Origin: Antechinus flavipes
Lineage: Eukaryota
Length of the DNA: 64,000 bases
Reading direction: 5' to 3'
Assembly: GCF_016432865.1 (NCBI RefSeq)
Contig: NC_067401.1
Span: forward strand, 65,844,001 to 65,908,000
The notes under the pieces were generated by a model. The model worked only from the letters and a program-made list of their open reading frames with translations. It had not been told where the DNA came from and did no database searches. How positions within the stretch are numbered: position 1 is the stretch's first letter; the number at the start of each line of letters is the position of its first letter. Below, piece by piece: positions 36,791 through 52,229 of the stretch. Made by a program: the position numbers and the translations under genes.

Positions 36791-38409
36791 TTTAAAGTTC
36801 AAATTCCACTTTTTATAAGAGGCCTTTCTCTTGTCTTTCTCCCCTCCAAGCTTCCCCCATTAATGCCTTCCTGACATTGTTTTCCATTTACCCTGAAAAT
36901 GTTGCACATAGTTAGCTTCATGTTGTCTTTCATTTTAGACTCTAAGTTCCTTAGGATCAGAACCACATTTTTGCTTTCCTTTGGATCTCTTGGACCTCTA
37001 AAGAGCCTGTTACCCTGATTTTAAAATGGAGATGATAATATTACATCCAGGATTGGACCTGGCACAAAAGAAGTGCACATAAATCTTTGTAGACTAACTT
37101 GTATCAAATTACAAAACTAAGAATCCAAGTCATCAAACTTGGAATCTAAAGAAGACTGGAGTGGAAAGGAACCTCCAATTTCATCAAGACCAACACTCAC
37201 CCTTCTTTTGAGAAATGAAGATACTGAAGCTAAGTGACTTGCTCCAAGGTCCATTTCATTAACAACAATATTAACAAATTCCCTTGATTATATCAGGGCC
37301 TACAAGTGTTCTCACATGACATGGAATTTTGAATAAATTGTTCTCCTTAGCTCTTAAGTTTATGGAATTGTTTCATAAGAAAAATAATGAAACATCCATT
37401 CATAGAAAAGGTAATTTTAACACAAGGATACTCACTCCAAACTTTCTTTTTTGCACACTGGTGCTAATATCATCATCTTCTGAGCAATATGCTAGGTATT
37501 GTAGAGAATGTGAAAGAAGCAGAAAGTATGATCCCTGACTCCACAAACAGTGAAGAAAATAAACTTGAATGAATAAATTAAAGGGAAAAAATGCAATGTC
37601 TGACCACATTAATGACTATAAGTTCACTGAAGTGCATTGAAGGGTAACAGCAAGAGGGTTGGGAGTAGTCAGAGAAAGCTTCCTAAAGGATGGACTCAAG
37701 CTAGGTTTTGAAATCTTGCTAAGAGCTGACCAAGAGGGAAGGGAGTTCAAAAGAAGACTCTATTAAGAATAAGGAGACATGTGGCAACAGATGGCACTAA
37801 GTATGTTTCCCTTGCTCCACCTTGTGTGGTAAAATTGACAGAACACTGTTGGAAACTGGAAGACTCAGATTTTAATCATGGGAATGTTACCATGGCCGAA
37901 TCATTTATTCTCTCTGAACCTTGATTTTCTTATCTTAAAAACTGAGACAATATTTACACAGCCTACTTTATAAGGTTATTGTGAGTCTATGTTACAACTA
38001 ATGGTACATATTTCCAAAATGGTTGTGGAAGAGAGTATCCTGAATTTTTGAGCAAGATTTTATTAGAATTATATTCTTAATCAAATAAGCTAAAGGGTCA
38101 CAATAGTAATATTGTGCGAAGGTAGCACAGTGGTGAGTGCCAAGCCTGGAATCCAGAAGATTCATCTTTCTAATTTCAAATCTGGTCTCAGACACGTACT
38201 AGCTATGTGATTGTGAGCAAGTCATTTAATTCTGTTTGCCTCAATTCCTCACATATCAAATGAGCTGCAGAAGGAAATGGCAAACCACCCTAGTATCTGT
38301 GCCAAGAAAACTTCAAATGGGGTCACAAAGAGTGAGACATGAGTGAAAAGACAACATAATATTAGTTAGAACTTTTGAAATCTTATTCTTTTTAAATTAA
38401 TACTGAGCC

Positions 38410-39054
38410 TCTGTTTGTAGTGGCTAGAAACTGGAAATTGAATGGATGCCCATCAATTGGAGAATGGCTGGGTAAATTGTGGTATATGAATGTTATGGAA
38501 TATTATTGTTCTGTAAGAAATGACCAGCAGGATGAATACAGAGAGTCTTGGAGAGACTTACATGAACTGATACTAAGTGAAATGAGCAGAACCAGGAGAT
38601 CATGATATACTTCGACAACGATATTGTATGAGGACGTATTCTGATGGAAGTGGATTTCTTTGACAAAGAGACCTAACTGAACTTCAATTGATAAATGATG
38701 GACAGAAGCAGCTGCACCCAAAGAAAGAACACTGGGAAACGAATGCGAACTATCTGCATTTTTGTTTTTCTTCCCAGGTTATTTTTACCTTCTGAATCCA
38801 ATTCTCCCTGTGCAACAAGAGAACTGTTCAGTTCTGCAAACATATATTGTATCTAGGATATACTGCAACATATCTAACATATATAGGACTGCTTGCCATC
38901 TAGGGGAGGGGGTGGAGGGAGGGAGGGGAAAAATCAGAACAGAAACGAGTGCAAGGGATAATGTTGTAAAAAAATTACCCTGGCATGGATTTTGTCAATA
39001 TAAAGTTATTATTAAATAAAATAAAATAAAATATTAATTAAAAAAAATAAAAAC
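38410..39054 (+). mobile_element. 5'-truncated, relatively young L1 3' end in RTCA intron 8 (antisense to the gene), 16-bp TSD
   Basis: ORF 38420..38605 (NWKLNGCPSIGEWLGKLWYMNVMEYY); 3' UTR and A-rich tail; TSD aaattaatactgagcc (38394-38409) / aaattactactgagcc (39055-39070); several CpGs retained. Confidence 0.92.
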
Positions 39055-41341
39055 AAATTACTACTGAGCCACTGGAAGTTCTGTATGTTTCTAAACTCTA
39101 ATCAAGTGTCAATAAAAAAGAATTTAATTAAACATAACCTGAAGGAACTTTTATTATAAAATGTGAAGATAAATATCTGACAGAAAACTTCCAGCTCATT
39201 GAAAATAAATATCAAGAACTAGTTTCCAAGATTCAAGGAAGGCCTCAGGATAAATATACAATGAATTTAATAGTACCAGTCAAATACAATAGAAAAGATG
39301 GAAAAGAGGAATGGTTAGTTATTTCATTTACTAATGATATAATCTTTAATTTTAGCTGACTGGTTTTTTGGTTAATAAAATTTGCCTTGACTGAAGATAT
39401 AGGAGATTGAAAAATATACAAAAATTCAAAAGAAGCTAAAAACCATTGTATATTTTATCTCCCTAGAATTATAAATTGTTAAAGCCGGAAAAGATCACAC
39501 AATGAATATCAAATTTGGAAAGACTTTAAGAAGCCATCCATCAGAATCTACTTAAACAAGGATCCATACTATTCAAGGATAATTTATTAAGCACCTATTA
39601 TGTGCACAGTTCTGTACTGGTGCAGGGGACACAAAGACAAACATAAAACAGTCCTTGTCCCAACTCAAGGAGTTCACATTCTATTAGGAGCACACAAGAG
39701 AGACAGTAAAGTCTCTTTACTATTAAGTAAATATAGAAAATAAACAAGTTTACTAGTTCCACCATCCAATGGGGCCCAGTAGAAATAGGTTTAATCTCTT
39801 TTCCACTACCTTTAAAGGCTATAAGACAGCTGTTATGTATTCCAAAATCTTTTTTTGGTTAAATGCCCCATTATTCTTTCAACCAATCTTCAATGTCATG
39901 AATGTGAAGCCATTTACCATGATGCCTCCAACTTAGCAATTCCTTCCTAAAGTGTTATGCCCATAACTAGACAAAATATTCCAGATGTAGCCTGAAGAAT
40001 GTTTGACTCAATATATCAATAAGCATCTAACAAGTGTCTAACGTGCCAGCCACTGTGATAGTTACTATAATTTCATTTAGTTCCTCAAAAATTGTCAATG
40101 GTTTCCTACTATCTAGCAAAGTAAAAACTTCTTAGCTTGGCATTCAAGGCCCTTCATGATTTGATCCTAATCTACCTTTCCAAACTTCTCATGCCTAACA
40201 CAAACTTGTAGTTCCAGTACTCATACAATTCCTTGAAAATGCTCTATTCTCACCTTAAATATATCTTTCTTCAGGTCATAACCCTTGCCCAAAACATACA
40301 GCTCCATTCTCTCCAGCTATTTTAAACCTTATCTATTCATACTCATTCAATCCATACACAATTTCTTGCATAAAGTCTCTTAACGACTATAAGTCCCAAA
40401 TGAATTCTCTCTCTGAATTTTTATAGCACTATGCCATTAATTTGGATTACATTGTCAGTTCTTTATGTGTGTTCTACTTGCCCTTCCAATCAGATTACAA
40501 GGTCCCTGAGGACAACTGGCACAGATTTATAAATACAGTGGCTGATCAACAAATAGTTGTTGCCTAAGTGAGATTTTAAACTAGGTCAACTAGAAGTGTA
40601 CATTGTATTTTCTACCTACTGAGTAAAATGGGTTTGGCTGCTGGGTCAATATATTAGAAGTACTACAAAACATTCTCCATCTTAAATAGACTTATGATGA
40701 AAATTTGAGGTATCTCCTTGTCAAGTTATTTTAGGGAAAAAAAATTCATTAGTTGACAATAGGAACAGAGAGACCCTTTGAGATAATCTAGTCCAATCTG
40801 CTCATTTTAACACATGAGAAAATTGAGGCCTAGAGAGGCTAAGAATCTTTATCCAGGGTCAAATGTTAGCAAGTACATCAAAAGAGTGAATTGATGGTCA
40901 AAGATACTGGATTCAAATTATTGCCCTGTCACTTTCTACCTTGAATAACCATTTAAACTTTCCTAGGCTTCAATTTCCTCAACTGTAAAATCAGAGGCTG
41001 GATTAGAACACTTTAAAGGTTTTTTCCAGGACTAAATCCAAGATCCTATGAACCTGAAGATAAAAAAACAAATTTTACCAAGTCCAAACTAAAGACTTTA
41101 TAAACACCCACACACATACACACCCGACCTACTTCATTTTCTATATTCAATTCTTATGCCAAGAAAAAAATCTCCCTTTCAAAAAAAAATTAACGGTTTT
41201 AAAGTACGATTGATTTTGAATAGTGATATAATTCTAAAAAACATTAAACCATCATATCCATTCTATTGTATTCCAGACTTCTTTCTTGCCAACTATTTTT
41301 GTTTAATGCAACATTTAAAACGGTGGCTCATTTATCTGTAC

Positions 41342-41400
41342 CTCTTTTACCAAGTGATGATCCAGCAAATAAGCAGCCTGTTGATGTCTCAGCAACAATG
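41342..41400 (-). CDS. RTCA: RTCA exon 8 (IVAETSTGCLFAGSSLGKRG)
   Basis: 59 nt; acceptor ctatgcag, donor GTACAG. Confidence 0.96.
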
Positions 41401-42392
41401 CTGCATAGAAATTAAAAATTGTCAATTATATTATATTATAAATATACTTTAAAATTATTGGCAAATATAACATAGTATGCTATGATCACTAAATAGACAG
41501 TATCAAATTTAAACCAAATAAATCTTAACAAATTTGAATTATTACCAGAAACTGATGAGGTACCCTAAATTAATCTGTAAAGGTATCTTATATAGCAACA
41601 AAGTAAAAAGTAGCCCAGGCAGGCCACCCATATAAATATCCTTGGAGATTTTTTTTTTTAAGCAAGGGAAACTGTGGTCAAATTTTAATCAATTTCTACA
41701 TAAATAGCACCTTCTCCTTCAAGATAACTGACTTCTTAATGAGAACAAAAAATAAAACACAAAAGTTACCATGTATATAAGAAAGGCATACAGCTAAAAT
41801 GGTATCTCAAATAAGGAGGTATAGATAGAAATTTGTGTTGTTTTTTTCCCCTTATGAACAGTATCATAAATAGAATATTTACTTTACTTTTAAAAGCTTT
41901 AAATAGAATAAAAAGACCACAGTATAAGCATTAAATGTAAACACTCATCTGAAGAGATAAGAAACTTTCTAAACCTTGAAGCAGTCCCCTTTTTACTGGA
42001 CAGTCACTGTCTGGCTTAAAAGTCTTTGCCACCTTAGATATTTAACAAAATGACTTTTCAACCAAGTTACTTTAAATCACTTCAAAAAATTTCCTTCAAG
42101 ATTCTTTTTAAAGAACAATTGCTAATAAGATCCACTAAAAACCAAATTCGCTAAACAATCCGAGTTCTTTTATAACAACAACAATGGCACAGTTCTCACA
42201 AGAATCTCAAGTTTTAGAAACTGCAAAATTCTTGGAATGAACTTTTCTTTTCAAATCTTACATATATTTTTATATTAAGCTAGAATACTACTTAACAAGC
42301 TTTTTCAAAAATACTGCTCTCACACTTTTTTAAATAGAAAAATTTATAACTCTAAACTAATGACACAGGAAGAGATGAGTGTCTTGTCTCAC

Positions 42393-42517
42393 ATTATTCC
42401 ATTTCCATTGCCAAAGGCTTGTTCTTTAGGTTCCTGAACAGGCTGGATGTTAACGTACAGATCCCTGATTTCCTTTCTGATGCATCTCACTGCTGCTGCT
42501 GCCATATCTTTTGCTAT
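42393..42517 (-). CDS. RTCA: RTCA exon 7 ([42 protein letters not shown])
   Basis: 125 nt; acceptor aattag, donor GTGAGA. Confidence 0.96.
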
Positions 42518-42790
42518 CTAATTTGGTAAGACAGAAAGGCAACAGTTATAGTAAAATTGAAATAAATCACTGGTTAGTTTGACAATTCTTTTCAAGCCAT
42601 CAAGAATAAGTTAACAACTTTTATATGTTATTCAGAAACAATGCTTAAGTATAAAAAGCTAATTTTCTTTCAAAATTAGCTCTCATGAAAAGATTTATCA
42701 AAAATAAACAGCTATTCCAATAATTTCAAAGAATAGCTAACATGCCATTTGCCAAAAAATACACATGCTTGTAACATCTGAGATACTTAC

Positions 42791-42932
42791 TTTAAATGGC
42801 AAAACACCAGCAACAAATGTTCTTCCATATATCTTGGTTACTGTCCCACGATCAGTTAAATTTATTGGGTTTAGCTGTTTTACTGGTGACATTCGGATAA
42901 TTACTTCACCACCCCCTTTAGGGTAGTAGCCC
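42791..42932 (-). CDS. RTCA: RTCA exon 6 ([47 protein letters not shown])
   Basis: 142 nt; hallmark [11 protein letters not shown] motif; acceptor ttcatag, donor GTAAGT. Confidence 0.98.
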
Positions 42933-44497
42933 CTATGAAAAGTACACATGATCCCATATAACAATATTCCAGGACAAAAACACCAAATCAGTGAGAGCTG
43001 AATAAAAGACAAATGGTATCTGAACACCAATGAACAGTTCTAAAACTGCTAAAACATCAATGATGACAAAAATATTAAAGAACTATGTTCTTGTGGTAGG
43101 ATCAACTATATTAGTCATGCAATAAAAAAAAAAATGCAAAGGACCCATGATTTCCAAAGTGTGTGTTTGGGGGGGAGGTAAAGGAAAGGGAAAGGAAATG
43201 AGATTCCTGGTGTAGGAATTACCTCCACTAAAGCACAAGGCAAGCACTCAGACTGAGTAGGTAGATCCTATGGAGTTGGCTGAAGCATTAAGTGAGTTGC
43301 CTAGGGTCAAGGTAGTGTTCAAGATAGGATTTGAGTCCAGGTGTTCCTACTCCAAGCCCATCATTTTGTCCATTATATCATGCTGCCTCTAACAATGAAA
43401 CTAAAATTAATTTTAAGCAGAGTCAAAAATTCACTCTTTATCACTACCACCAAGCTCTGAGATAATGGAAGGCAATCTCAAAAAAATGTCCAAGTCTTTT
43501 ATTCTGTGAAATTATTCCAAATCATATCATGACAAAAGGAAAAAGTCTTTCTATAAAGTCATCTTTTGCTTTTATCTTTGTTTTTCAATTCTGATTACAA
43601 GATCATGAAGAAAAAATGATTTACTTCTAATTTTCCTAATTATAGACTGAGACGTTCCTGGAGTGAACTGCAGTATACAGTATATACTTTACCATGTGTA
43701 TTTATTTCATATGTGTCCAGTATCTGAGAATATGTTTTATATCTCTAGTGGAATATAAGGTTTCTGAGTTCAGAAACTATCTCATTCTTTTTATTTTTTT
43801 CCCTAGTGACTGGCACATAGCATACACCTAAGAAGTGCTCGTAGGAAATCTAATATTTTGCATATAATGGGATCTAAACATTACTAAATGATAATACAAA
43901 GATACGATTTTGTGTGGCCAATAGATACAATGTGGAAGTTTCCTATTTAAGTATTTATATTCTGAATCACAAATGGTTACTGTATACCACTGTGACATCA
44001 GCACAACTTTAAATTCCACATGTTTTTGTGGCTTATCTTTCTATATTATTAATGAGAACCCTATTTGTAATGTTATTTCTAATTATTTATAGAAGGGAAT
44101 AATTATCTATTATCTACTTAGTACAGGTACTGTAATAAGTATTTTACAAATATTCTCTCATTTAATATTCACAACAATCTGTAAAGTAGGTGCTATTATT
44201 ATTTCCATTTAACAGTTGAGAAAACTGAGAGAGATTAAATGCCCAGGGGCATACAACTATTAAATATCTAAGGCTGGATTTGAACTTTGGTCTCCCTCAT
44301 TCCAAGTTTGGCACTCTATCCACTGTGCTATCTAGTAGTTATTCATAAAATAGTACTTTAGCATGTTCCTAATTATACTTTAGAGTATACCTGATTAGTA
44401 TAACTGCTTAGCAAAGCAGTCATCTCATTTGCCATGTCAGACAAATGTAAATAAGAGATCAAAATTAGAAAGGAAAATGTTAAAATATGCAACCTAC

Positions 44498-44556
44498 CTC
44501 ATTTTAACATCACAGTCAAACTTGAAACCAAACTTTTCAGCAATTGGTTTGAAGAC
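44498..44556 (-). CDS. RTCA: RTCA exon 5 (VFKPIAEKFGFKFDCDVKMR)
   Basis: 59 nt; acceptor ttttgcag, donor GTAGGT. Confidence 0.96.
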
Positions 44557-45196
44557 CTGCAAAATAAGCATGTTGTGTTATTTTAGTCATCAAACATTTA
44601 TTAAGTGCTCACAAGCCCATCACTTTATATATTGAAATAGTGCTTAGGGAAATGTCTTATGAAAAAATACTTAGGGTATTTCAGTATTTTAATTAAAATG
44701 AAAGACATTGCTAAACTTAAAAGGTTTAATCTTTTCTTAGGATTTCAGAATCATACCTTTAGAGTGAAATAACTGGCCCAAATTACATAGGTTTTTGGTA
44801 AATTCCAACAAAGTAAGGTGTTATAATTAGAAAAGCTTTCTTTCTCTATGGCTTTCCAGGTGCTCGTTTCTCCCTCCTAACTGTGAATCTACAAACTTCT
44901 TAAGACCAGGAGAAAGATTTCCACTGAGTGAATATGCAAAGTAAGAGTAGAAAAAAGTTAAATGCCTATGATAATCAAGAGGGAGAAGATGATGATGGCA
45001 GCAGAGGGATGTCCTGACGAATGAAGAAGAGCCATGAAACTGAAAAGCATAGAGGGAATAAAGCGCACTGGGATGCAGCAGTTCAGGAAATCACCTTGTG
45101 AACCAGATTTAGAGACTACTAAGAGCCCAAGCACATCAAATGGAAAATACCAATCCAACTTCGGAACTAATAGATAGCTATCCTGCTTATTGTCTA

Positions 45197-45523
<327 letters not shown>

Positions 45524-46559
45524 TTACTTTTAAAATTACATCATACATCACCTGAAACAGAAACAAGAAAATATATATTCTGCATTATAAAGCTTAAAAA
45601 TGCAAATATTTTCCTTCTGAATGGCAGTGTTTTATATTTAAAGGCAAATTCTAAACATTTCATCCACTAGTACAGCAGAAAAGATAGAAATTTGTTTTCT
45701 AGTTTATAAAAATGAGCTGCACTACCTCAGTGGTTCTCAAACTTTTTTTTTTTGCTCACAGCACTGTTCTTTGAACTGAAAAATTAGTCCATTGAACTTT
45801 TAAAGAGACTATATGGTGTAAAAGTTGGGAGACTTGTCCCAAGGGAAGCATTTTTGTCAAAAATTGAAGATCTGAGAATCCTGGGAATGTCATTTAATAG
45901 CCCTGAGCATAAATTTCCTCCTCATAAAAAGAGATTATTCTTTTTTGAGTTCTTTTCTAAACAGCTAAAAAGATTTTCTTCAAAAATTTTTTATGGAAAA
46001 ATCCTACTTATCATTAATAAATAGAGGAGAGAAAGAATTTCAGAGGAGGATCACAGACAATAAAGGCAATACTGAAACCACCATGTTAAATTTGAAATAA
46101 TAAAAAAATAACAGGAGATTTTCATGGTTTCATTTGCAATATTCATTTTCACATTCAAAAGTTCACTTTTTTTGGCATTAGCCAAGTTTATCTTAATAAA
46201 CAGGAAAAAATGTAAATACTCTAGCTTAAGAAAAATTTTAAAATCAAAAAGCTTTTTGTGAAAAATACCAAGGAAACAAATTGAATGCCTATGTTCATAA
46301 CTTTAAAACTCCATATGACAAGTGCAAAATCTACATACAAGAAGGTTCATAATTAAACATAATAAAAATGTTGGGGGAAAAAAGGAGTCCTATCTTACAT
46401 CATCTCTGACATTTCTCTTACATACTCAATATTAGGGTATCTTCACTATCTCTTTTCACCATCCCATTGCCTATAGCAAAGCAGCAAAAGAATTGATTAG
46501 ATATGAAAAGCTGAATGCTTCATAACTGCTAATGGTTCAATTTTATACTAATATTTATT

Positions 46560-46562
<3 letters not shown>

Positions 46563-46613
<51 letters not shown>
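46563..46613. repeat. (AC)n microsatellite in RTCA intron 3
   Basis: About 25 uninterrupted AC units. Confidence 0.97.
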
Positions 46614-46618
<5 letters not shown>

Positions 46619-48124
46619 GTTTATCACTAAAAAGGATTATACATTTAAGACCTTTCAGTTATTGACCTGCAGTTAGGAAGACTTGATTTTAAATCTGGCC
46701 TTAGACCTCACTAACTGTATGACCCAGCAACAGTCTTTCAACCTCCATCTTAGTAGTCTATCTTAGTTTTCTCAATTGTAAAATGGGGTTAAATAAAAGC
46801 ATCTACTTCACAAAGTTGTTGCGAGGATAAAATGAGATATTGATAGAGTGCTTAGCATAGTGTTGGGCATACAGAAGGTGCTTAATAAATGTGTTTTCTT
46901 CCTTTTCTTCATCCTCCTCTATTTACTGCATTAGAAAATTGCCTGGAACATCAAGAGGTTGTTTGATTTAGGGAACTTGTTTTCAGGGACAAGTCACTTT
47001 GAGGCTGAATATGTCTATCTAATGAGCCCTGCTACCCTCTGTTGTCTGTTCTAAGGTGCAAAAATTCAAATACCTCAAAGAACAACAGCTGGTGTTATCT
47101 AAAGGATCTATATACTCACCACTTCAGTGGTTCCCTAATTACTTTTGAAGACTAAACTTAAATGAGAGAACCATTAGCAGCCATGAAAAGGTCAAATAGA
47201 TAATCCAAATAGGGTGGAACACAGTAAAGAAGCAGACTCAAAATGAAATACGCCCAAACCAGGAATTAAAATACCTACAAACATTGTAAGTTTATAGAAT
47301 ACACTGCATGGAAACTGAACGTGTGTGTTTAGACTAATTTCCAAATATTCTATAAGCTAACACATTTCATCATAATCATTCAATTTAAATTAAAATTTCT
47401 CACAATAACCTTGTAAGTTCTACTATACAACTAAAATCATCCTCAGAAAACTAACATTCAGAAATATTACCTAACATGACCGTGGTGGTGTGACAGTAAG
47501 TACCAAGATCAGGATTTCAAACCCAGGATGAATCTAAATAAAATATTTTTTCTAGTATAAGGTGACACAAAATAATTTGAGAAGCAAAGATCTGGGGGTA
47601 TGTGAGGATAAAATTTGCACAGAAATTCAGTGAATAATAGAACAGGACATATGCTCTATATGACTAATAACACAATCTAATGGAAAAAATACTGAGCTAG
47701 GAGTCAAAGGATTTGGGATCCAGTCCTGGGTCTGCCACAAACCAGCTATATGAAATTGGGCACAAGTCAGTTTATTACACTGATTTTGGTTTTATCATTT
47801 ATAAACAAGATAGGAAGGCTGATCTAGATGATTGCTTAAGTGCCTGTCAGCTCTAGAATTCTGTATTCTGGGTATTGGGGATCTTTTACCCCAAAGTACT
47901 AGTGTTCATCCTTAACTACTGAATTTCAAACACTGTCCTGTCTTATATGTGTGAATGAAATAGTTTTACTTATGTGTATATAGTTACATTTTCAAATCTT
48001 AAGTTATCTTCACTAAGGAAAGGAAAATGATATCAAAGTTAAAGAAAACAATTTAGTGGAATCAACAACCTTGCATTTGACACTGTATGGCTTCTTAAAT
48101 GGAGTTATTAAATGGTTACTTTTA

Positions 48125-48295
<171 letters not shown>

Positions 48296-51200
48296 TCAGG
48301 TCATAATACTGCATCAAAACGTGTGCATTCAGACTGCCTATTTACCCATATTATTTCAAACATTTATAAAAACTTAAAAGATAATGAAATGATAATATCT
48401 AATAGCAAAAATTCCTCATATTCATAATTCATTATGCATTAGAAGTCTTACTTCCTGTCTTCATTTACCTAGTTAGATGAAACCTTTTTAATGAAGTAGT
48501 AGTTTAAAACGGGGAGAGCTGCTTCAATTGAAGTCATTTTATAAGGCACATCAAAAAAATCCCACCAGTGTTACTTTGAGAGGCAAGAATGCAAACAGGG
48601 GCCAAAGAAACCCCACCATTTTATAAATCAACCTACCAAAAGTGTTTAAAGTCCAATTAGACTCCTTTCCAACTCAGTGAATTATCCACATGCAGTACCA
48701 GCCTTAATCAATTGAAATATATCTTGCCCACATACAGAATGAATTAGATTCAACCATGTAATTTTAAATGGATCAGACAATTAAAATTTTTAAAATCCTG
48801 CCTCATGACTATTAACCATTCAGTGAATTCATTAAAAGGGAGTTTTAATATAAATCATTTAGAAGTAAATCAGTTGGTACGAGCTCTCCAGCACATAGAG
48901 TAGACTTGTATTCTGTCCCTTTTCTAGGTGGTATACATAACGCAACATAGAACTAATACTGCTATACACCTCACTACTAGAATAAAGACATTTTGGTATA
49001 TACACATCAATTCTTCTTGCTTTAATAGCATGAATATGGCACAGTACAGATTAACATGAAGAACAGAGTTTCCAAAAGATTTAATGTGAAACAAGGCATG
49101 TAAGCCCAAGAACATGTCAAAGAAAATCATTTGGAAGGCACTATTCAGGAAGTTTAGACCAATTAGCTAGGACTGCAGAAATATAACATTAAGACACCTC
49201 CTAGATATATCAGTGTGGTACAGTATATGAACTCTGATTCTCTTATTTATTCTTCACGTGACAACTTCTCAGATCTGATGAATTAAAGGAGAGTTACGTT
49301 TCCTTCCAACTTTAAATTACATAAGGAACATTAAAATTCTGTTCACTCTAGCTGTGAAATTTCTAGGATGCCTTTCTGGACAATAAAGAAAGGTAAAAAT
49401 TTTTAAATATGTTTTTTCCAAAGAAAGGTTAAATAAAAACCATATGCCCATCTTTGTTTACCAAATATAGTATTTCTATTTATTACAGTAATTCAAAAAC
49501 AATTTCATTGGAATCGTGATAAGATAAAAATTATTCAAATGTAAGCTTAACACAATTCAATAATTTTAAAAAATCAACTAATTCTACTGAATATACTGAG
49601 ATTATATTGAAATACTCAAATAAATTTGTAATCTCAATAAGGGAATTCCTTCCAAATAATGCAGATTGCAAAACAGTATCTAGCTGTTTTATACTACTTT
49701 TGTCCATGTCATTTTATAAGTTTGTTCAAAATAATATAGTCATTTTTTTTATTTTCTCTTAACATTGTGAGGAAATCCATTTAAAAAAAAAAACTGACAT
49801 AATACCAAATCAAAAAATTTATTATCTATCTTTTGTCCTCAAATGGATCATTTAATTTTGAATTCACATACATAAACATTTGACAAAGAAACGGAGGCAA
49901 AAAGGTTTAAGTCACTTGGCCAGGGTCACATAGCTAGTGTCTGAGGCCAGATTTAAACTCAAGAAGATGAATCTTGCTGACTCCAAGCCTGGCACTCTAT
50001 TCACTGTGCAACCTACTTGCCTGATACATAAAGATTTACATAAATTCCATTTGTTTTCACTTAACAAATATATAGCCACCTATATATAAAAAGGTCTTCT
50101 GGAGAAATAAAAGGTAAGGTCCTTGTCCTTGATATATATCCAATTTGATATGACAAAGAAGCAACTGTCCTTGAGCAGTGTAACATTTACTGGACATAAA
50201 CATGCATGAAAATAACTATAATATAGCCTAAGTGCTACAAGAAGGTATAAACAAAAGATATTAAATGCTATTAAAGAGAGAGAATTTTTGTCTGAGGAGG
50301 TTTCATGCAAAAGACAACATTTAAGCTTGGCCTTGAAGAACAGGTAGGATTTTGAATTATAGATGGTCAATGTAACTTTATTCAATGCATAATTTTGGCT
50401 AGTCAGTGAAAACAAAAACAAACAGGGCATGATTTCTCTAGTCAAAAAGCTTTGGCTTAACAAGACAGAAATGAACAATGATGATTGTTATGGAAAAAGT
50501 ACAAATAAAATGTTAACTGATAAGTAGTTAATTATAACTGAAAAGTTTTGAGCAAGGAACTTGATGATCAGAATTGTGCTTTAGAAAGATTTATATGGCA
50601 GCAACATGTAGAATGATTAGAGAGATTGAAAATTGAGAGAAGATTAAGAGCCTACTGTAACAATTCAAGTGCGGGGTAATATGGACTTGAATTAGGCTAG
50701 TGACCATGGGAATGGATAAGAAAATCAAGATGTGACAATGCCAATTCAGTGACAATATCTAATATGTAGTAAGAGAGAGAAAGTGTTTAAGATAACATCA
50801 ACATTTCTATCTAAATGGCAATTTAAAAAAGAGCTAAGAACTGAAACCTGAAATATGTCTAATATTGAAGACAAAGGAGGGAAGAAAGAAGAATCACAGG
50901 AGCATAGAATAAGAATGTCATGATCAAGAGAGAAGAAAATTTTAAGAAGGGAAGTGATCAAATGTTCCAGGGCAATCAAGGATCAGGAAGCCTTAAAAAA
51001 AGGCCATGGATTTTGATAACACAGAGAAGATACAATTTAAAAGAGATGGTTCTTGACTTCTAATTATAAAGAACTATCATTTAGAAGAGAAATTCTGTAT
51101 AAAGCTTTAAAGGACAAGATTAGATCCAGTTAATTGAAGGCACAGATAAACAAATTTCTCCTCAATCTAAAACTAGAACTTTCTAAGACCACAGCTCCTT

Positions 51201-52229
51201 CAAAAATATAATGGGTTACCTTATGAGACAGTGAGTTCTCATGATGAGAGGTATTTAAGCAAAGGACAGCTGACTACCTTGTAGAAGGGATTCTGATCTG
51301 CAGGAGCAAATCTCCTTAGTTGACTTCCAATATCCCTTCCAAAATTGAGTCATCCAGTGTTACTCGCCATCCTTGTTATTACACCTCTCATTGACCCCCA
51401 ACAAGAACTCTTTTTTAGATGCTGAGAATCAGAAAAGACCTCACAAGTTACTTCCTCATCCTACCAAAGGAGGTTGGTGAAGTAGTGGATAGAGTGATGT
51501 ACTTGGGAATTAAAAAAATCCCTGAGTTCCAGCCTTGCCTCAGAAAATTACTAGCTGTATTACCCTGGGCAAAGCACTTAACCTCTCAGCCTAAGTTTCC
51601 TCAACTGTAAAACAGGGATAATAAAAGTATCTTCCTCACAGGATTATTGCTAATAAATAAATAAAACAATCTACAAATGTAACAGTATTATAATAATTTA
51701 ACTATTTTTATTATTAATACAAGATTCTAAACTACAAGATCCCTGACAAGTAAGTGGCCATTCAGTCTCCACCTGAACATCTCCATAATGGGAGGAGTCA
51801 CTCATCTCAAAAGTGACCCATTACTACATTGCAAAGAATAACAACTCATTGCTAGAAAGTGTGTCCTTATATTGAACTGAAATCAGATTTCCTATAACTT
51901 TCACCTACTTCATCTAGTTCTGTCCTCTAGATCAGAATTAAGATTTAGCTTAACAAATGTTTGATTACTAAAGACAGTGTTAAAATATCTGATCATGATA
52001 TCGGAGATATACAGATATCAAGTTATAAAAATGCACCTTTTGGGGTAACTTCATTTTATGCTTGTGTATTTACTCAAATACTGACAGGCAGCAAGAATAC
52101 TAGAATAATAGCACATTCATCAAATGACCACATTTCTTCCTTCTGAATCATAAACAATAAAAGAAGAAAATTAATTGATTCAATATATTTTCAATCACAG
52201 TACACCTTGGGCATCAAATCCAATTCAAT

